Translations under genes and position numbers: made by a program | The notes under the pieces: generated by a model | What the model was told of the DNA's origin: nothing | The model's input: the letters and a program-made list of their open reading frames with translations, nothing else | The model's database searches: none | Part shown: one piece after another, positions 1 to 8,251 of the stretch | How the letters are laid out: each line of letters starts with the position of its first letter | Position numbering within the stretch: position 1 is the first letter of the stretch | Virus record (IMG/VR): IMGVR_UViG_3300045988_151707 | Coordinates: 46,036 to 110,035 of that record | Length of the DNA: 64,000 bases | Strand: one strand, 5' to 3' | Origin: a virus

Positions 1-741
1 CGGATTGTGCTGTATCAGGGTGTGAAGCAGGGAGAGTTTTTCTTCCTTATCGGGTTTATCGTAATACATATCGGCGTATTTCCGAAAGATGCGGTATGCT
101 GTTTCCTTGTCTATCGACATAAAGAAGCCTGATATATCCATTGTGGCCACAAAGGCTTTCTTTGTGTAACCGTCCGTTACATCACGAATATTCCGCTGTA
201 TCTGCTCGATGGCTGTAGATGCGGAATGCCCGATACGGTTGCCGTGGCTTACATCACCATTGGCTTCGTGGACTTTCTCGCATATCTCGCCAAGCATCGG
301 AGCGACGTAGTGGTGCACGATACGGTCGGTGTAGTTAGCTGCAAACACTTCTCTATATACAGGATAGTCGAGGACAAAACAGATGCTTGTCTGTGGCTGG
401 TAGCCGTTGTCTATTCTGTTTATCAATTCATAAATACGCGACAGGTTGAAATGAAACGATGCTGCTTCGAGCGATGCGTGCTTGTTTTTGTAACAGTCAC
501 TTTCGGCAGCTATCCAGGCGGGCACTTTTTCTGATAAATCGGAGGCCGGCACCACGCTATAGGTGTTGTTCGTGTTGTTGTTGTTCAAGTTGCCATTTCC
601 CATGTTCACATACCAGGCGTTGTTGCCATTGTTGCGGACACAGCTCCAGACGTTGCCGCCCAGGACTTCTGCCCTGTTAATCGAAATAGCTTGCTCACCG
701 CAAGCACAGGGACCTTTATCATTAAACAGTTCTGCCGACAT
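1..741 (-). CDS. DGR reverse transcriptase, N-terminal 247 codons (runs off window edge)
   Basis: Uninterrupted minus-strand frame from ATG 741-739 to position 1. It is absent from the supplied ORF track because it has no stop in the window. The translation ..FVLDYPVYREVFAANYTDRIVHHYV..FVATMDISGFFMSIDKE.. resembles the RT finger/palm motifs of Bordetella phage Brt (..SDFSKFFPSID..). The functional start is uncertain: ATG 741, a Met inside the TR, or GTG 525. Confidence 0.85.
   Translation of the reverse strand, partial: MSAELFNDKGPCACGEQAISINRAEVLGGNVWSCVRNNGNNAWYVNMGNGNLNNNNTNNTYSVVPASDLSEKVPAWIAAESDCYKNKHASLEAASFHFNLSRIYELINRIDNGYQPQTSICFVLDYPVYREVFAANYTDRIVHHYVAPMLGEICEKVHEANGDVSHGNRIGHSASTAIEQIQRNIRDVTDGYTKKAFVATMDISGFFMSIDKETAYRIFRKYADMYYDKPDKEEKLSLLHTLIQHNP
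541..666 (-). repeat. DGR template repeat (TR), 126 bp
   Basis: Aligns without gaps to 1185-1310. All 15 mismatches fall at plus-strand T (coding-strand A) of this copy. The coding strand is AAC-rich (..NNGNN..NLNNNNTNNT..). Confidence 0.92.
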
Positions 742-744
742 AGT

Positions 745-1098
745 TCAAGACTTTTCGGATCTGACATTCTTTATCCTCGCAAGCGAAGATAAAATATTAT
801 CGCACAAAACGTCTATTACAGACGCTTTCTCTTTGCTGCATCCTCCAAGAGCCACTATCAAGTATATCCCGAACTGCAACTCGTATGTCAGTTCTGTAGC
901 TCTTTTATAATAGTCCATTCCACGGACCTGGCGCATAGCGTAGATGAAGAGTAATGCGCCTTGCTTCAGCATAGGATCTATATATGTTCTGCTTATGACC
1001 TTATAAGCTTTGCTGTTGATTTCTATGAGACAATTATTCAGGCGTATCACATCCTGAATAATCGGTGCGTCCAAATGTTTCCTCCCGGATCTGTTCAT
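745..1098 (-). CDS. avd: DGR accessory variability determinant-like protein (small basic helical protein)
   Basis: 117-aa ORF located between the target gene and the TR/RT, which is the canonical avd position. Helical, basic sequence (..YKRATELTYELQFGIYLIVALGG..). The family call rests on position and size. Confidence 0.65.
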   Translation of the reverse strand: MNRSGRKHLDAPIIQDVIRLNNCLIEINSKAYKVISRTYIDPMLKQGALLFIYAMRQVRGMDYYKRATELTYELQFGIYLIVALGGCSKEKASVIDVLCDNILSSLARIKNVRSEKS

Positions 1099-1148
1099 TT
1101 CTATTGTCGCGTATTAAATGTTAATATATTTTAATGCAAAAGTTAATG

Positions 1149-1167
1149 AGCCGTGCTCCGCACGGCT
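1149..1167 (-). promoter_or_regulatory. GC-rich stem-loop just downstream of VR (candidate DGR target-recognition hairpin)
   Basis: agccgtg-ctccg-cacggct: 7-bp stem, 5-nt loop, 17 nt past the GC-rich VR 3' end (GTGGTGCCGGCCTCC). Confidence 0.55.
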
Positions 1168-1175
1168 GAGATAAA

Positions 1176-2594
1176 TCAAAAAGCGGAGGCCGGCACCACG
1201 CTACAGGTGCCGTACGCGTTGCCGTAGTACAAGGTGCCATTACCCATGTGCACATACCAGGCGTAGTTGCCACTGTAGCGGACACAGCTCCAGACGTTGC
1301 CGCCCAGGACGCCAGGTATGCCCCATTTTTCATAACTGTTAAGATAGTTTATCAATCCTGAAATTATGCTTTTGTTTGTCCAGTATGGATATAATTCTTT
1401 CTCTCCTGCCATATACTTCCCTTCAAGTGTTTTGATGTAATACACAGCATGAGAGTCCGCCATATTCCATTCGTAATTTGTACTGGAATTTCCCGGTCTG
1501 CTTATGTATGGGGTAATGATATACCAATAACCGTCAACGGTTATGGCTTCCGCTCCTTTTGCGCCCGGAGAAAGAAGAGGTCGTTCGGCGGAGTTTACTC
1601 CGGTGTCGTTCATGTTTACACCGTTTGTTTTCTGCTGTTCGTACAGCCATTCAGCGTATTCAGGTTTAAAATAATATGCGTTGTTTACTGAATACTTATT
1701 ATTTGTATTGTACATTGCTTTCAAACCTGTGTTCTGGCCGTTTACGAAGAAAAACATATCTTCACCTAACTGAGCCTGTACGCCTGATGAATTTAGGATT
1801 TCCACATCGGTTATTGTGCCTTCTGCTTCAGAAGATGTTATGCCGCTACAGATGGCAAACCTGTGGCGAAGCCATTCATTCTGTACATACATGGATTCAA
1901 GACGTTCGGCGTAATTATCCGCTATCATAGCATTTACATTACCGCAATTCTTTTCCATTATCCAGCGTTGCTTGGTATTACCGCTATAAAGTTCAAGCTT
2001 GTCGTCTTCCGTTACGGTTACGCTCCAGTCGGCTGCGAAGTGACTTCCTGCAGCATGGGTGCCAAGGTTCTCATCTATGGTTCCATGATAGTCTGTTCCT
2101 TCTCCTGTTCCGGTTCTCTGATCGTATTCATAAACGGAATGCTGCATTGCGTTTGATGCTTTGCTTGTAGTACCGGACGTGGCGTAATATTCTCCCTGCC
2201 ACGGCCAATACAATATCGTTCTTATCCCGTTGCACTCCAAAGAGAATCCTACCGGAGGAGCAATGAGTTCGTTGTCGAAGCCGTTGGCCACGCTGCGCTC
2301 GTTCCATTCTTTTACCGTGTAATGCTTCAGGTCTGCATCTACAATCTTGATATGGTCGTTTGTAGCTACGGCTTCCGTCTTGCCTTCTTTTGTTGTGATG
2401 GCAGTGGAGCGTACCGGCAGTATCAGCATTTGCGATTCAAAGGCGTATTCATCCCCTGTCGGAATGGCTGCTATTTTAGCCGGATATTCGGAAAGGATTT
2501 CTCCTACATTTTCTACACCCTTTGCTTCAATGGCTGCCTTTATGGCGGCTTTGCTTTCTTTTAACTTGTTTAGTTTGTCTGCTGTCGTTCCCAT
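1176..2594 (-). CDS. DGR target protein, fibre/receptor-binding-like, VR at C-terminus
   Basis: 472-aa ORF. The N-terminus MGTTADKLNKLKESKAAIKAAIEAKG is fibre-like. C-terminus ..LGGNVWSCVRYSGNYAWYVHMGNGTLYYGNAYGTCSVVPASAF is encoded by the VR. Confidence 0.88.
   Translation of the reverse strand: MGTTADKLNKLKESKAAIKAAIEAKGVENVGEILSEYPAKIAAIPTGDEYAFESQMLILPVRSTAITTKEGKTEAVATNDHIKIVDADLKHYTVKEWNERSVANGFDNELIAPPVGFSLECNGIRTILYWPWQGEYYATSGTTSKASNAMQHSVYEYDQRTGTGEGTDYHGTIDENLGTHAAGSHFAADWSVTVTEDDKLELYSGNTKQRWIMEKNCGNVNAMIADNYAERLESMYVQNEWLRHRFAICSGITSSEAEGTITDVEILNSSGVQAQLGEDMFFFVNGQNTGLKAMYNTNNKYSVNNAYYFKPEYAEWLYEQQKTNGVNMNDTGVNSAERPLLSPGAKGAEAITVDGYWYIITPYISRPGNSSTNYEWNMADSHAVYYIKTLEGKYMAGEKELYPYWTNKSIISGLINYLNSYEKWGIPGVLGGNVWSCVRYSGNYAWYVHMGNGTLYYGNAYGTCSVVPASAF
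1185..1310 (-). repeat. DGR variable repeat (VR), 126 bp
   Basis: Partner of the TR at 541-666. 111/126 identical, and every difference lies opposite a TR adenine. Ends 9 nt before the target gene stop codon. Confidence 0.92.
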
Positions 2595-2845
2595 TATATC
2601 ACCTCCCCGTTTATTTCATCAAGTACTGTGTTTATATCTCCTATAGCATTGCTTAAATCCTGAGAGGTGGCGTACCCTTTCTGCGCAAGAGTTTCTTCTG
2701 TTACATATCCTTCAGGAACTTGCTTTAAAGAAGAATTTACTCCATCAACGAGTTCGTCTATCTTCTTCGTTATAGCGTTCATTTCATCAGACTGCAACAC
2801 CTGCTCTCTGGTGAATGTTTTATTTAATTTCTGAATATCTGCCAT
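2594..2845 (-). CDS. hypothetical coiled-coil protein upstream of DGR target (fibre-associated)
   Basis: 83-aa ORF. Its TAATG stop/start overlaps the target gene. Confidence 0.6.
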   Translation of the reverse strand: MADIQKLNKTFTREQVLQSDEMNAITKKIDELVDGVNSSLKQVPEGYVTEETLAQKGYATSQDLSNAIGDINTVLDEINGEVI

Positions 2846-2851
2846 GGCATA

Positions 2852-2992
2852 TTATTTTAATTTGTTTACATCGAGCTTTCCTTTGTCGAGTACGAGGTAT
2901 TTTTCTTCAGGAGGAGATATATGCTTTTTCTTCTTAATCTCACAGAATCTATACGTCAAAAGCTTAAACGTATTTAGCTTAATAGGTTTCAT
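2852..2992 (-). CDS. small hypothetical protein (46 aa)
   Basis: Read manually: MKPIKLNTFKLL... It has an ATGA overlap with the upstream ORF stop. Below the track size cut-off. Confidence 0.3.
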   Translation of the reverse strand: MKPIKLNTFKLLTYRFCEIKKKKHISPPEEKYLVLDKGKLDVNKLK

Positions 2993-3270
2993 GATCCTGC
3001 CTCCCTTATGGTTGCTTTTGTAACTTTACTTGATACAACAATTTTAATATACTTAGGATAGACCGCATGACAAAAATCTGCATCTATTACGTCCCCCCAC
3101 TTTAGTTCAATATATGAACGCCTATACTTTCCTTCATCACTTCCCCTTTGATAAATCTCCAATGTTCCTCCACTCTCCATTTCGATATGAAGATTATAGT
3201 CTGAGTTTACTTTTGTTTCTGATACAAATGATTTGCCTTCCTCATTAAATAATAATTCTCTCTGTTCCAT
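2989..3270 (-). CDS. hypothetical protein
   Basis: Track ORF trimmed to ATG 3270 (MEQRELLF..). The track start at 3288 is a TTG inside the -7 promoter box. Confidence 0.55.
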   Translation of the reverse strand: MEQRELLFNEEGKSFVSETKVNSDYNLHIEMESGGTLEIYQRGSDEGKYRRSYIELKWGDVIDADFCHAVYPKYIKIVVSSKVTKATIREAGS

Positions 3271-3285
3271 GATATTTGTTTTTAG

Positions 3286-3327
3286 CAAAAATAAGTAACA
3301 TACACAAAAATAAGAAGGACAAAAAAA
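3286..3327 (-). promoter_or_regulatory. conserved promoter architecture, copy 1
   Basis: Minus strand reads TTTTTTTGTCCTTC-N20-TATTTTTG. The -7 box (TAnnTTTG) lies 16 nt upstream of ATG 3270. Confidence 0.6.
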
Positions 3328-3498
3328 CAGCTGTATATATATCGGATAAGACTACTTTTTTAAAAGGGAATCTAATTAAAATTGTCTCACATTTTATATT
3401 TTACACCGTTTTTCAGCACTTTTTCCATTTAATCAGAAATTGTGAAACTCAAACACAACCAAATCAATATTTTTGCAATAAACAAACTACTTATCATT

Positions 3499-4173
3499 AT
3501 GAAAAAAAACTTATTTTTTACATTGACTTTAATTTTAATTATGTGCTTGTTTACTTCTTGCGGAAGTACATATATGGCTGTTTACGATTTAGGTCTTTCT
3601 TCTGTTGAAAGCCCTTCATACTCAAAAGATCCATTTGGTAATTCGGAAATAGTAAAGATTTCTGATGAAGTCCCTTCAAAAAATAAAAAGGCTCAGATTG
3701 TAAACAAATACAGATACACGGATAAATACATTGACATTGTGTGGTGGTACTCTACCACTCAGTTTGAATTTGAGCTGAAAAATGTTTCAGAAAAAACACT
3801 GAAAATAAATTGGGATGATGTAACCTTTATGGACTATACAGGTAATATAAGCCGGATTATGCACAAAGGAGTAAAATACATAGACAAAGATAAAAGTCAG
3901 GGAAGCATAAGCATACCCAAAAACGGAAAGCTAAACGATATTATAGTCCCTACGTCAAATGTATATTTCAGTCAGGGGTTTGGCGTTTATGTTCCTTCTG
4001 AATGGAAACAAAAATCAATCATTCCATGTTTCTACAAGAGTAAGAAAGAAATGCAGAATGATATTGACAATAAAATTTGGATAGGTAAAAAAGTACAAAT
4101 ACTTTTCCCGATAGAGATTGAAGGAAAGAAAAATGACTACAATTTTGAGTTTACAGTTAACGGTACATACTGA
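3499..4173 (+). CDS. lipoprotein, unknown function (opposite strand to neighbours)
   Basis: MKKNLFFTLTLILIMCLFTSCGS: signal peptide plus lipobox Cys. Followed by a strong terminator. Confidence 0.7.
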   Translation: MKKNLFFTLTLILIMCLFTSCGSTYMAVYDLGLSSVESPSYSKDPFGNSEIVKISDEVPSKNKKAQIVNKYRYTDKYIDIVWWYSTTQFEFELKNVSEKTLKINWDDVTFMDYTGNISRIMHKGVKYIDKDKSQGSISIPKNGKLNDIIVPTSNVYFSQGFGVYVPSEWKQKSIIPCFYKSKKEMQNDIDNKIWIGKKVQILFPIEIEGKKNDYNFEFTVNGTY

Positions 4174-4186
4174 TAATAAAAAAACA

Positions 4187-4229
4187 ATGCAGCCGGGGAA
4201 GAAACGACAAAACCCGGCTGCATTTTCAT
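4187..4229. terminator. bidirectional stem-loop terminator
   Basis: atgcagccggg-N15-cccggctgcat: 11-bp stem, then a T-rich stretch. Lies between convergent genes. Confidence 0.7.
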
Positions 4230-4380
4230 TCATATAGGGTGGAAAGACAAACTACATCATCTTTTTCTCATAATTATATCGCCCACCACATTTGCCAGCA
4301 CATTAGAGCCAAATCCTCTTATCCCGTCAAGTTGAGCTACCATACGTATAAGGAGGTCCAGCTTTTCTTCTATGCGGCTG

Positions 4381-4929
4381 TTACATGGCTGCCGGCTCTC
4401 CGTACATGCGCTTCTTGAAGTAACGGCGCACCTGAAAGTTCATATCTTTGTCCTTAAGATAGGAAACGGCCTTTTTGTAACATGAAAGAGCCATCTTTTC
4501 ATTCGGTACTTCCGATGGCTTCTTGAAGCCCATATCCTCTGCAATACTGTAAGCCATGTCGCTGTAAATCATGTTTGCTGTAACACAGAGCGCATACGAA
4601 TTGTAGAACGGTTTTTCTTCAGGAATACCTCCTAGCTGCTTCACCGCAGAAACAAATGTGTCGTGACCCCAGTGGAATCCCTGAACACCGTCTTCATTTA
4701 TCATTGTTTTCCCAATGTTTACGGCTTCACTTTCGTCCAGGTAATTATTCCACTCTGTTGCTTCGAGGTGCGCCAGCCAGTTTCTTGCCATCTCCGGATG
4801 CACCTTTGCCAACTCGCGGAACATGTATTTTTCGGCTTCCCCGAAAATCTTCATATTTTTCACATCCTTGCTTTCTTTCATCAAGGCGTACAGATAATTG
4901 TATCTGTCTATCATTTGTTCGGTTGTCAT
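4381..4929 (-). CDS. hypothetical protein
   Basis: Track ORF trimmed to MTTEQMIDRY.. at 4929. Confidence 0.55.
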   Translation of the reverse strand: MTTEQMIDRYNYLYALMKESKDVKNMKIFGEAEKYMFRELAKVHPEMARNWLAHLEATEWNNYLDESEAVNIGKTMINEDGVQGFHWGHDTFVSAVKQLGGIPEEKPFYNSYALCVTANMIYSDMAYSIAEDMGFKKPSEVPNEKMALSCYKKAVSYLKDKDMNFQVRRYFKKRMYGEPAAM

Positions 4930-5076
4930 GTCTATTTGTTTTAAATTAGTTTCTCCAAAACTTCCCGCCCTCGCGGACGGGAAGCCACTCAAACATTTTT
5001 CCTTTTCCTTCGCTTTTTTACGGGTTCATCGGCGGATGCCAGACTGAAAGCGCTAAACGCGGCTGCCTGAACTTCG

Positions 5077-5493
5077 TTAAGCGGGAAAGGTAGCAGTAAT
5101 CGTGACCGGGACTGCAATCAGTGCGCCGCAAGCAGAGCAACCGCAACCGTTCTCATTGTAAGAGAATACCTGCGGAACTAAAGCTGTAGCTACCACACTG
5201 GTAGGGGCTGTATTTGCCGCACCGATGAAGGTTACTGTAAACTGTTCGGTCCACTGAATAGTCTTTGCTGCACATCCGTTTTTCGGAGTGTAGGTCAGAG
5301 TTACAGCTGCGTTGATAAGCGCAATGTTCTGCGTGTTGTTGTTTGTGACGCTTGCTACACTGAATACGACGGTAGCAGTAGGTTGAACGCCGTTGTTCAC
5401 GCAATAAGCCTGACGCAGTTTCTTAGTGATGTTTACCGTCAGTGGCTGAGCGGTAGCTGTCGGAACTCCAGACAAAGTAATTGACTGAATCAT
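5077..5493 (-). CDS. hypothetical virion-module protein, Cys-rich near C-terminus
   Basis: 138-aa ORF, T/V/A-rich, with ..NGCGCSACG.. near the end. Confidence 0.55.
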   Translation of the reverse strand: MIQSITLSGVPTATAQPLTVNITKKLRQAYCVNNGVQPTATVVFSVASVTNNNTQNIALINAAVTLTYTPKNGCAAKTIQWTEQFTVTFIGAANTAPTSVVATALVPQVFSYNENGCGCSACGALIAVPVTITATFPA

Positions 5494-5554
5494 AGTTGTG
5501 TTGTGTTTGTGTTATATATCTTTTACAGGACACCAGGCCGCCTGTATTCGGCAC

Positions 5555-6052
5555 TTATTTCTCTTCTTTTTCTCGTGTTTCATTCTTTGGTGCAGGCTGC
5601 GGTTGTGGGTGCGACGGCTGTGCGGGCTGCTGCGGAACCTTCACCACATATTCCTCGGGTTTCTGATACGGAAGGTTGCAGTCCAGGTATTTCTTCAGTT
5701 CCACCAGGTCATCGCGGTCAAAAGTGAAGAATCCGTCGATAACAGATAGCTTCCCCTGCTGGATGGCAGAATCTACATAACCATGAGCCAGTTCCGGGAT
5801 CATGTCGTCCGGAATGCGGGACACAAATCGTTCAAGGAACGGACGGATCATTTTTGTCCCTCCTAAAGATGCCAGCGAATTGATTTCATTGGAAATCTGC
5901 CATCCGGGGCCTGCGAGTCCGATTGACTTGAATAACTTCTCCACCGGAAGCATACCGGCAGAAATACCGTTGAGCGTATTGCCCATCATAACCGGAATGA
6001 CCGGCTCACCCCATTTCAGGATGACAGCGGTCAGAATCTGTGCGTTTGTCAT
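5555..6052 (-). CDS. hypothetical protein with P/Q-rich tail
   Basis: 165-aa ORF, co-directional with its neighbours. Confidence 0.55.
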   Translation of the reverse strand: MTNAQILTAVILKWGEPVIPVMMGNTLNGISAGMLPVEKLFKSIGLAGPGWQISNEINSLASLGGTKMIRPFLERFVSRIPDDMIPELAHGYVDSAIQQGKLSVIDGFFTFDRDDLVELKKYLDCNLPYQKPEEYVVKVPQQPAQPSHPQPQPAPKNETREKEEK

Positions 6053-6141
6053 TGTGCTGCGTGTTTGAGTTTTTTCTACAGTGCTTGAAAATCAAAAGGA
6101 AGGGGAAGACCGGACGGTCCTCCCCCGGGGCCAGTTTGGGG

Positions 6142-6654
6142 TTACTGGGCAGACGGACATCCGCAGCATCCATCCTGACATACGTTGCTTGACGGAATGT
6201 ATGTCTTAGTGATAGCCTGCAAAGCGGCGATGCTGTTCTGCATGCACTGCAGAGCAGCGGTGTTGGTACCGTTGTAAACGGCCTGCTGCATGTTGACAGC
6301 TGTCTGAGCGTCTTTGTTGGAACGAACTTCCACTGCAAGTTCCTTGATCTGACCCTGCAAGTCTTTGTAGGCTTCCACAATCTTCTGATCAGTGTACTTG
6401 TCAGCCTTCAGCAAAGCGATTTCTGAATCCTTTGCATTCAGTTGTTCCACCATGTTCAACTCATAACGGCTTACGGGCATGTTGTCTGAGCATACGCCTT
6501 CTGCGTTCCATCCCCAGCCATTGCGACCCAGGATGTTACCACCGTTGATACCCAAAAATGATGCGATGCCTGCTGCTGCACCCACAGTGTTGAAATTACC
6601 TTGTCCCTGGCCGGTTACGTTGTAACTCTGGCCATCCATACCTTTGATTGTCAT
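6142..6654 (-). CDS. hypothetical protein, coiled-coil, Cys-cluster C-terminus
   Basis: Trimmed to MTIKGMDG.. Ends ..CQDGCCGCPSAQ. Confidence 0.55.
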   Translation of the reverse strand: MTIKGMDGQSYNVTGQGQGNFNTVGAAAGIASFLGINGGNILGRNGWGWNAEGVCSDNMPVSRYELNMVEQLNAKDSEIALLKADKYTDQKIVEAYKDLQGQIKELAVEVRSNKDAQTAVNMQQAVYNGTNTAALQCMQNSIAALQAITKTYIPSSNVCQDGCCGCPSAQ

Positions 6655-6718
6655 ACTGTTTTTTGTTTGTGTTGTGCCGTGAACTATTTCCCGACATGAC
6701 AAAGGTACGGACGAAGCA

Positions 6719-7024
6719 TTACTCTGGGAATGAGTTATTTCCTAACCTCTTCCTGATTCTTTCGCAACTTATTCTGAATATTTTCTGTGTGCTGAGACGC
6801 TGGTCGAAATTGGTATGAATCTGGTTGACGGCACGCTCCGTCTTTCCGATTCTTGCAGCGATATACGACGGATTCAATCCGCTCTGAAAAAGGAAATGCA
6901 CCAGCAGATAGCGTGCATCTACCGTCTCTGTGTCCTTCCTTCCGGAAAGAATCTGTGCGGACGGTATTTCCGTTTCCTCCGATACCATGCGGAGGATGGT
7001 GTTAAAAATCTCACTCTTGCTCAT
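6719..7024 (-). CDS. small HTH protein resembling DnaA C-terminal (domain IV) fold
   Basis: ..DARYLLVHFLFQSGLNPSYIAARIGKTERAVNQIHTNF.. resembles the DnaA domain IV helix-turn-helix pattern. Confidence 0.45.
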   Translation of the reverse strand: MSKSEIFNTILRMVSEETEIPSAQILSGRKDTETVDARYLLVHFLFQSGLNPSYIAARIGKTERAVNQIHTNFDQRLSTQKIFRISCERIRKRLGNNSFPE

Positions 7025-7091
7025 CGTTTCTTTGTTTATCTGGACACGTCTGCCCTGTGTTTTCTCTTGTGTTTAACGAAACAACCTGCCG

Positions 7092-7646
7092 CTACCATTG
7101 CAGCAGGTTGTAATTAAGCGTAACGCCCAGAAACGGTTCTGTCTTCCCTGAAAGCCCTATCCCGCATCCGGCGCTCAGTCCTATCCCCCACCTCTTTTTT
7201 TTCGGTGCCGGTGCATTTACCACCCCCGTCTGTGTGCGGCGGTAAAACTCTGCCGACACCAGTTGCGGGCGGTACCCTGAAATGACTATCCGGTAGTCGT
7301 CCGTGCGGTATTCCTTCTCTGTGAGAGGAATAATCACGTCCACGTTGTCTTTCCCTGTAGAAAGCGAATCAGAAACAACCGTAACCGTATCCGCTATGCT
7401 GTCCGGGATGGAAGCTGGTCCGGACGGTTTCTGCGGACGATATACCGGAAGGCGTGCGGTGTCTGTTCCTGCGGGACGCTCTGACACGGGAGGAGCAACT
7501 GCCGTGTCGCGTATCGTATCTACCCTGACGGGAAGCCATACGGTATCACCCTGCCCAGACTGCGGCGACGCGCATCCACGGAAGAAAAGCGAAAAGAGGA
7601 GCGCGGCCGACAGCAAGCCTACCAGTATCCACGGGAGCTGTTTCAT
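7092..7646 (-). CDS. secreted/lipoprotein-like protein overlapping the endolysin gene (lysis accessory candidate)
   Basis: N-terminal signal MKQLPWILVGLLSAALLFSLFFRGCAS. 4-nt overlap with the amidase gene. Confidence 0.5.
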   Translation of the reverse strand: MKQLPWILVGLLSAALLFSLFFRGCASPQSGQGDTVWLPVRVDTIRDTAVAPPVSERPAGTDTARLPVYRPQKPSGPASIPDSIADTVTVVSDSLSTGKDNVDVIIPLTEKEYRTDDYRIVISGYRPQLVSAEFYRRTQTGVVNAPAPKKKRWGIGLSAGCGIGLSGKTEPFLGVTLNYNLLQW

Positions 7647-8215
7647 ACGCCAAGGTATTTACAGATTCCCTGCACATGCAGCGTGACAATCTTCTGTCGG
7701 CCTTCATCCGACAGAAGGAAGTCCACATCTTCGCGATTGTCCTGGAAAAGGTTTTCCGTCAGCACAGCCGGGCAAATGGTATGCTTCAGAATGCAGAAAC
7801 CGCTTTCCTTGTCGCTGTCGCCGTCGGCGGTGTCCTTACGAATCTTCATTCCTTTCAGCACCTGCTCTGCACTCTGATACAGACATTCGGCCAGTTTGTC
7901 GGCCTTGGTCTGACCTACGCTGGTCCATGCCTCCCATCCGCGTGCGGTCATCCACTGCGTGCCGCTTCCGGCAGCGTTGCAATGGACGGATACCAGGATG
8001 CTGTCTTTCACCCGGTTGGCGCGTGCGCACCGTTCCTGAAGCGAAATGTCTTCCTCTTCCGGAACGAGCAGCTGCGCGTCCAGCCCTTTCTTCTTTAGCG
8101 CATCTACCACGCGGCGTGCAATGTCGCGTGCATAGGCATATTCGCGCAACCGTCCGTCGGGCGACTGCTTCCCTTTGGTGTCTGCACCATGACCGTTATC
8201 AATCCAGATTTTCAT
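7643..8215 (-). CDS. N-acetylmuramoyl-L-alanine amidase (endolysin)
   Basis: MKIWIDNGHGADTKGKQSPDG..VSVHCNAAGSG..: Amidase_3-type motifs. Confidence 0.85.
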   Translation of the reverse strand: MKIWIDNGHGADTKGKQSPDGRLREYAYARDIARRVVDALKKKGLDAQLLVPEEEDISLQERCARANRVKDSILVSVHCNAAGSGTQWMTARGWEAWTSVGQTKADKLAECLYQSAEQVLKGMKIRKDTADGDSDKESGFCILKHTICPAVLTENLFQDNREDVDFLLSDEGRQKIVTLHVQGICKYLGV

Positions 8216-8251
8216 GTCGTGTCTAGTTTAGTTTTTGTGTTGTGACTGTGG

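Noticed and set aside
226-910. Plus-strand track ORFs 226-534, 459-680 and 563-910
   Set aside because: They are antisense shadows of the RT, TR and avd coding region. Their translations are Cys/Arg/Leu-rich and low-complexity, whereas the minus strand gives clear RT motifs.
1121-1333. Minus-strand 70-aa ORF overlapping the VR
   Set aside because: It is out of frame with, and nested in, the well-supported 472-aa target gene.
3271-3288. Track start codons at 3288, 18351 and 29054
   Set aside because: Each is a TTG that forms part of the conserved TAnnTTTG -7 box. The genes were trimmed to the next ATG.
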